From an uncultured Thermoleophilia bacterium (GTDB taxonomy: Bacteria; Actinomycetota; Thermoleophilia; UBA2241), in contig CAVPCT010000005.1 of assembly GCA_963702475.1 (NCBI GenBank), forward strand, positions 256,001-320,000: a stretch of 64,000 bases of DNA. Reading direction: 5' to 3'. A model generated the notes under the pieces. The model saw only the letters and a list, made by a program, of their open reading frames with translations. It had not been told where the DNA came from and made no database searches. Below are positions 59,719 through 64,000 of the stretch, piece after piece (within the stretch, counting starts at the first letter, position 1; every line of letters begins with the position of its first letter). A program made the position numbers and the translations under genes.

Positions 59719-60438
59719 GTGAGAGGTCTGGCAGGCAAGCGCGTGGTCGTCACCGGCGGCACCAGCGGCATCGGGGCCGCCACGGCGGCGCGCTTTCGCG
59801 AGGAAGGATGCGACGTCGTGGTACTGGCACGCACGCCGGGGCCCGGCGTGACCGTCTGCGACGTTGCCGACCGCGGCCAGGTGGAGCAGGTCTTCGCGCG
59901 GCTGGAACGCCTCGACGTGCTCGTCGCGAACGCCGGCGTGAGCGAGCGCTGCGCGGCCGCCGACATCACGCCCGGGCAGTGGGCACGGGTGATCGGCACG
60001 AACCTGGACGGAGCCTTCTGGACGGCGCAGGCCGCCGCCGCGCGCATGCCCGCCGGCGGCGGCACGGTGCTCTTCACGGCCTCCACGAACGCGCTGGTCG
60101 GCTACCGCTACTACGCCGACTACAACGCGGCCAAGGCCGGTGTGGTGGCGCTGACCCGTTCGCTGGCGCTCGAGTGGGCGCCACGGGTGCGCGTGAACGC
60201 CGTGTGCCCCGGCTACGTGCTCACGCCGATGCAGGAGGCCGAGTACTCGCCGGAGATGCTGGCCGCGGTCAATGAGCGCATCCCGCTGGGGAGGCACGCG
60301 TGGCCCGAGGAGGTCGCGGGCCTGTTCGCCTACCTGGCCTCGGACGAGGCCGCCTACTTCACGGGCTCGGTGATCGTGATGGACGGCGGTGAGACCGCGG
60401 GGAGCGTGGTCAGCGGCCCCGGAGGACCCGGAGCCTGA
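59719..60438 (+). CDS. SDR family oxidoreductase
   Basis: TGGTSGIG, NAG, YNAAK, VNAVCPG; GAGGAGG RBS. Confidence 0.92.
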   Translation: MRGLAGKRVVVTGGTSGIGAATAARFREEGCDVVVLARTPGPGVTVCDVADRGQVEQVFARLERLDVLVANAGVSERCAAADITPGQWARVIGTNLDGAFWTAQAAAARMPAGGGTVLFTASTNALVGYRYYADYNAAKAGVVALTRSLALEWAPRVRVNAVCPGYVLTPMQEAEYSPEMLAAVNERIPLGRHAWPEEVAGLFAYLASDEAAYFTGSVIVMDGGETAGSVVSGPGGPGA

Positions 60439-60550
60439 CACCGCCGCCGCGGCGGGCGGAGAGGCAAGCGTCCGAGGCAGCACACGAGCGCAGGTCGCGA
60501 GCCCCGTACGCTTTGCGCAGGTCCCGAGCCCCGTACGCGAGCGTGGCCCG

Positions 60551-62373
60551 TCAAGGGACCAGTGTGCCGCCCTGGGAGTCAGTCGGCGTGACCGGCTTCT
60601 TGGGTTTGGAGGGCAAGTCGCCGGCGGGGGCGCTGCCGCCCTTGTCCGGCGTCGCATCCCTGATGCCGCCAAGCTCGTTGGACGGGTCGACGGCGGAGGG
60701 GGCGGGCTCGTTCGAGGACGCCGAGGAGGAGCCCGCGCGGGACGCCGGCGCCCCGCTCGCCGCCGGCGCCGCCGGCCGCGTGACGGCGACGGTGTGCTCA
60801 GGAGCCGCGCCGCCGGCCGAGTCGTTCTGAGCGGCGGCCAGCCGCACGCGCGCCTGCGCGCCCCGCACGAGCGCGACCAGCGTGTCGGTGTGTCCCTGGT
60901 CGCCGGGGCCTCTGCCTCCGATGGCGCGGAGCATGCGCATCGCGGTGCGCTTGGCGTCGTTCCACTCGCGCAAGGCGTCCGCGCCGGCTAGTCCGCCTCC
61001 GGCCAGCAGCAGACCGAGCTGCCTGACCTGTGCTGCCAGCTGAGGGTCGCCGGTGAGGACGGCCGCCCTGCGCAGGAGCCGGAGCTGGCGCCGCTGGCTC
61101 TCAACGCCCCGCATGTCCGCAGCCGCGGCGGCAGCCGCGCTCTGCTGCTCGGCGACCGTCGAGCTGACCGCGAGGTCGGTGGACGGCGCCGGCGAAGGCG
61201 TCGGCGCCGCTGCCGCGGCGACCTGGGGTGCAGCTGCCGGCGGCGCCGGGGGCACGACCCTGGAGGCCTGCACGCCGCCGTACGCCACCACCGACGTGGC
61301 CGCCAGGGCCACAACGGCGGCCTTGGCGACGCCGAGGCCGACGAACTTGGCGGCGATGCCGCCGGAAGCGCTCAGGACCGCGCTCGGCGAGGCGCCGAGC
61401 AACGGCGCGGCGGCGGAGACGGCGGCGCCCGACGACGCGGCCGCGGCAGACGAGGCGGCGCCTCCTGCGGCCGCTCCGCCGGTGGGCGCCCGCTGGCCGC
61501 CGCGCCGGTCTTGGCGCCGGCGAGCCCGGCGGCCGCGAGGCCGCCGTGGGCGCCGAACAGCGACGGCGCCGCCACGAGCGGCAGGACGAGCGCGAGGCCC
61601 GCCTTCGTCTCGCCGTGCCACGATGAGACCACTGCGGCGCACGGCTCGCACGAGCGCGCGTGCTCGAGGATCCGGCGTCGCTGTGCCGGGCTCAGGCGGC
61701 CGCCGACGGCGGCGGCAGCGGCCCGCTCGGCGTAGCGACACACGTGTGCTTCTTGTTCTTCGGCGACGAGCGCGCTGTACGTCCGCCTGAAGGAGTGCCG
61801 TGCACGGAAGAGCAGGATCTCGGACGACGCCCGTGAGATACCGAGCGTGTCGGCGATATCGGTGTGCGTGAGCCCGTGGACGTCCTTGAGCACGAGCGCC
61901 GCCTGCTGGCGCGGCGAGAGGGACGCGAGGCTGTCCGAGAAGAGGCGCGCCATCTCGCGGCGCTCGCCCTCGTCGCCCGGGACCGTGCCGGCAAGCTCCT
62001 CGGCGTCCTCGACAGGTACGGGCCTGCGGCTCGCCGCCCTGAGGTGGTCCCAGCAGGTGTTGACGGTGACCCGGTAGAGCCACGCCCACAGGTGCAGCTC
62101 GCCCTGCATCTCAGGGATGCGCCGGTACGCTTTGAGGAAGACGTCCTGGGCGACGTCGCGGGCTTCCTCACGGTCGCGGACCAACCGGTACGCGAGACTG
62201 AACACGGCGTTCTGGTAGTCGCTCACGAGTTCGTCGAACGCCTCGGGGCGCTGCGCCCTAAGCGCCTCCACGAGCCGCGCGTCCTGCCGGGGCTGAGGAC
62301 GCGCCCCCTCCTCCACCACGGACAGCCTCGGGCGGTGCGGGGCCAAACGAGTATCGTCGGGTTTGACTGCCAT
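60551..62373 (-). CDS. ECF sigma factor with fused zinc-finger anti-sigma motif, TM helix and C-terminal extension; apparent frameshift near 61490
   Basis: Sigma2 (DVAQDVFLKAY, WLYRVTVN), sigma4 (LSPRQQ..DIADTLG), HARSCEPC; the Ala/Gly linker continues in another frame into a hydrophobic helix. Confidence 0.8.
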
Positions 62374-62624
62374 CCTCCACCCTCATGAACGCTGCCGGCG
62401 CACCAACCTTAGCACCGCAAACGGCGCTGACGCCTCCCGAACCTCCTGCCGGGCTGCCGCGTGAGGCCGGCTGCGCCGCCTCCGTGGCGCCGCCCTGCCC
62501 TCAGAGGAGGAAGAAGATGCCGAGGCTGTATCCCGTTCCCACTGGTGTTGTCACCGATATCGGGCCGTTCGCAGTCACTCCGGGCGCTCGACGGCGTGCC
62601 CGACGATATGCCCACCTGCTTCTG

Positions 62625-62651
62625 TTGTCGGCAGGGCGCATCGCAGCTTGA
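62625..62651 (-). promoter_or_regulatory. Sigma-28-like promoter upstream of the ECF gene
   Basis: Minus strand TCAA-N15-GCCGACAA. Confidence 0.4.
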
Positions 62652-62788
62652 AGTGCCGGTGTTGTCTGCACACTGCACATCTGTCTTCGCCAACGAACGA
62701 CGGCCCGGCGCCTCTTTCACACGGTCTTCATCTTGCTCGCGTATCCTTGGCGCCTGGCGTACGACCCAACGACGAGGTGGATCTGACC

Positions 62789-63757
62789 ATGGACTGTCCG
62801 GAATGCGGCTTCGACGCGGGCGAGGCCAACTTCTGCCCGGAGTGCGGCAACGACCTGAGAGGACTCGACGACGGCCTGCCGGAGCCCGGCGTCTGTCCCG
62901 AGTGCGGGACCGACGCCGGTGACGCGAAGTTCTGCCCGGAGTGCGGCCACCGACTGGCGGACGCGCCGCCGGCGCCGCGCGGCGCGCGGCCGGCCCCGGC
63001 GCCCCCGGCGCGGGCGCAGCGCGCCTCCGAGGCAGCCGACGAGGCGGCCTCCGGCAAGAGTCGCCAGCAGCGCCGCCAGGCGGAGCGCCGGGCGGCGCAG
63101 AAAGCGGCCCGGCACCAGCACGCGCCGGCAGCTGCGCCCGCGGCGCGCCCTGCCGCCTCAGGACGCACCCTCTGGCTGATCTGGGGCGGCTTCGCCGTCG
63201 CCGCCGTGGTCGTCGTGCTGATCGTCGTCGGCCTGGGCCGCGGCGACGGCACGAGTGGCGGCTCCGCCGAGGCGCCGAGCGGCGGCGGCTCCGTCCCCGC
63301 CGTCACGGCCGACACCGCCGGCTCCTACACGGAGCTAGTCGCGCGCGCCAACGGCCTCTACGACCAGGGCAGCGCTGCGTTCCAGAACAACGACGCCACG
63401 GGCGGCCAGACGTACTTCGCCGCGGCCGCCAAGGTGTACGCGGCCGCCTGGAAGAAGCAGTCCGACGACCCCAATGTGGGCACCGACTTCGCCACCTCGC
63501 TCTTCTACTCCGGCCAGACCGACAAGGCCCTCACGCAGGTGGATGAGGTGCTGGCGGCCAGTCCGGACTTCCAGACGGCGCACCTGAACAGGGGCATCTT
63601 CCTCAAGACGGCGGCGCAGGACGCGACCGACGCCGGGGACGCCGAGACGGCCGAGCAGCTGCTGGCCGACGCCAAGGCGTCACTCGAGAAGGCCGTCAGC
63701 ATCGACGCCGGCTCGGACCCCGGCCAGCGCGCCGCTGAGGAACTGGAGAGTCTGTGA
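62789..63757 (+). CDS. Double zinc-ribbon, single-TM, TPR-containing protein
   Basis: Four CPECG motifs, hydrophobic helix WLIWGGFAVAAVVVVLIVVGL, TPR-like helices; GAGGTG RBS. Confidence 0.85.
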   Translation: MDCPECGFDAGEANFCPECGNDLRGLDDGLPEPGVCPECGTDAGDAKFCPECGHRLADAPPAPRGARPAPAPPARAQRASEAADEAASGKSRQQRRQAERRAAQKAARHQHAPAAAPAARPAASGRTLWLIWGGFAVAAVVVVLIVVGLGRGDGTSGGSAEAPSGGGSVPAVTADTAGSYTELVARANGLYDQGSAAFQNNDATGGQTYFAAAAKVYAAAWKKQSDDPNVGTDFATSLFYSGQTDKALTQVDEVLAASPDFQTAHLNRGIFLKTAAQDATDAGDAETAEQLLADAKASLEKAVSIDAGSDPGQRAAEELESL

Positions 63758-64000
63758 TGCGGGAGACGCCGGTCGCCTGACGGCCGCCGGCGCCGCGGTT
63801 CAGCGTCCCGGCGCGGCGGTGGTGGTTCCCTGTCGCGGTCACGCCGACGCCAGCATCCGCCGCGGGGCGGGCTGCGCGGGAGCCGGCACGAGCGCCGCAG
63901 CCGCGGTCACGCGGCACAGCCGGCAGACGCACGCGTCCGCGTGCCGCCACCCGAACTCTATGCCGACCTGCCGCTCGAGCACCGAAGCCGACAGCGGCGA

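Noticed and set aside
62500-62577. Short minus-strand ORF VTANGPISVTTPVGTGYSLGIFFLL downstream of the sigma-28-like motif
   Set aside because: Atypical codon usage and no properly spaced RBS; cannot be supported without conservation or ribosome profiling data
63758-64000. ORFs at the right window edge
   Set aside because: Low-complexity translations with no recognisable motif

Overview
High-GC bacterial chromosomal segment with Actinomycetota-like gene content; an anaerobic Thermoleophilia-like organism is my inference. (1) 1-7 kb: a secreted subtilisin (S8) protease ending in 13 Trp-anchored pentapeptide repeats (WTKYK) is translationally coupled to a multi-TM PP2C/SpoIIE phosphatase, with an anti-sigma kinase and a STAS anti-anti-sigma nearby. 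This candidate protease/peptide-triggered partner-switching system is the best novelty candidate. (2) 7-28 kb: tRNA-Phe, an APC-USP/TrkA K+ uptake operon, H+-PPase, mtnP, a CoA transferase, a polyphosphate cluster (ppx, CYTH-HTH-CHAD, sixA, ppk1), Rrf2/NifU, peptidases and a class-III aminotransferase. (3) 28.5-54 kb: a complete 22-gene [FeFe]-hydrogenase locus headed by a Rex operator and a Rex-DRTGG fusion. It holds two catalytic hydrogenases (one with a NuoF-GltD fused beta subunit carrying bifurcating signatures, one with a short non-bifurcating-type beta subunit), two hydrogenase-like sensory proteins, three histidine kinases, two stand-alone receivers and hydG/hydF/hydE with aspA. (4) 54-64 kb: tRNA-Pro, two CxxS glutaredoxins, a photolyase, a triple-repeat surface protein, an internally deleted IS110 element, an SDR, an ECF sigma/anti-sigma fusion and a zinc-ribbon TPR protein. 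Start codons were adjusted by eye using RBS position and gene overlaps. All family calls come from motif recognition, not database searches.
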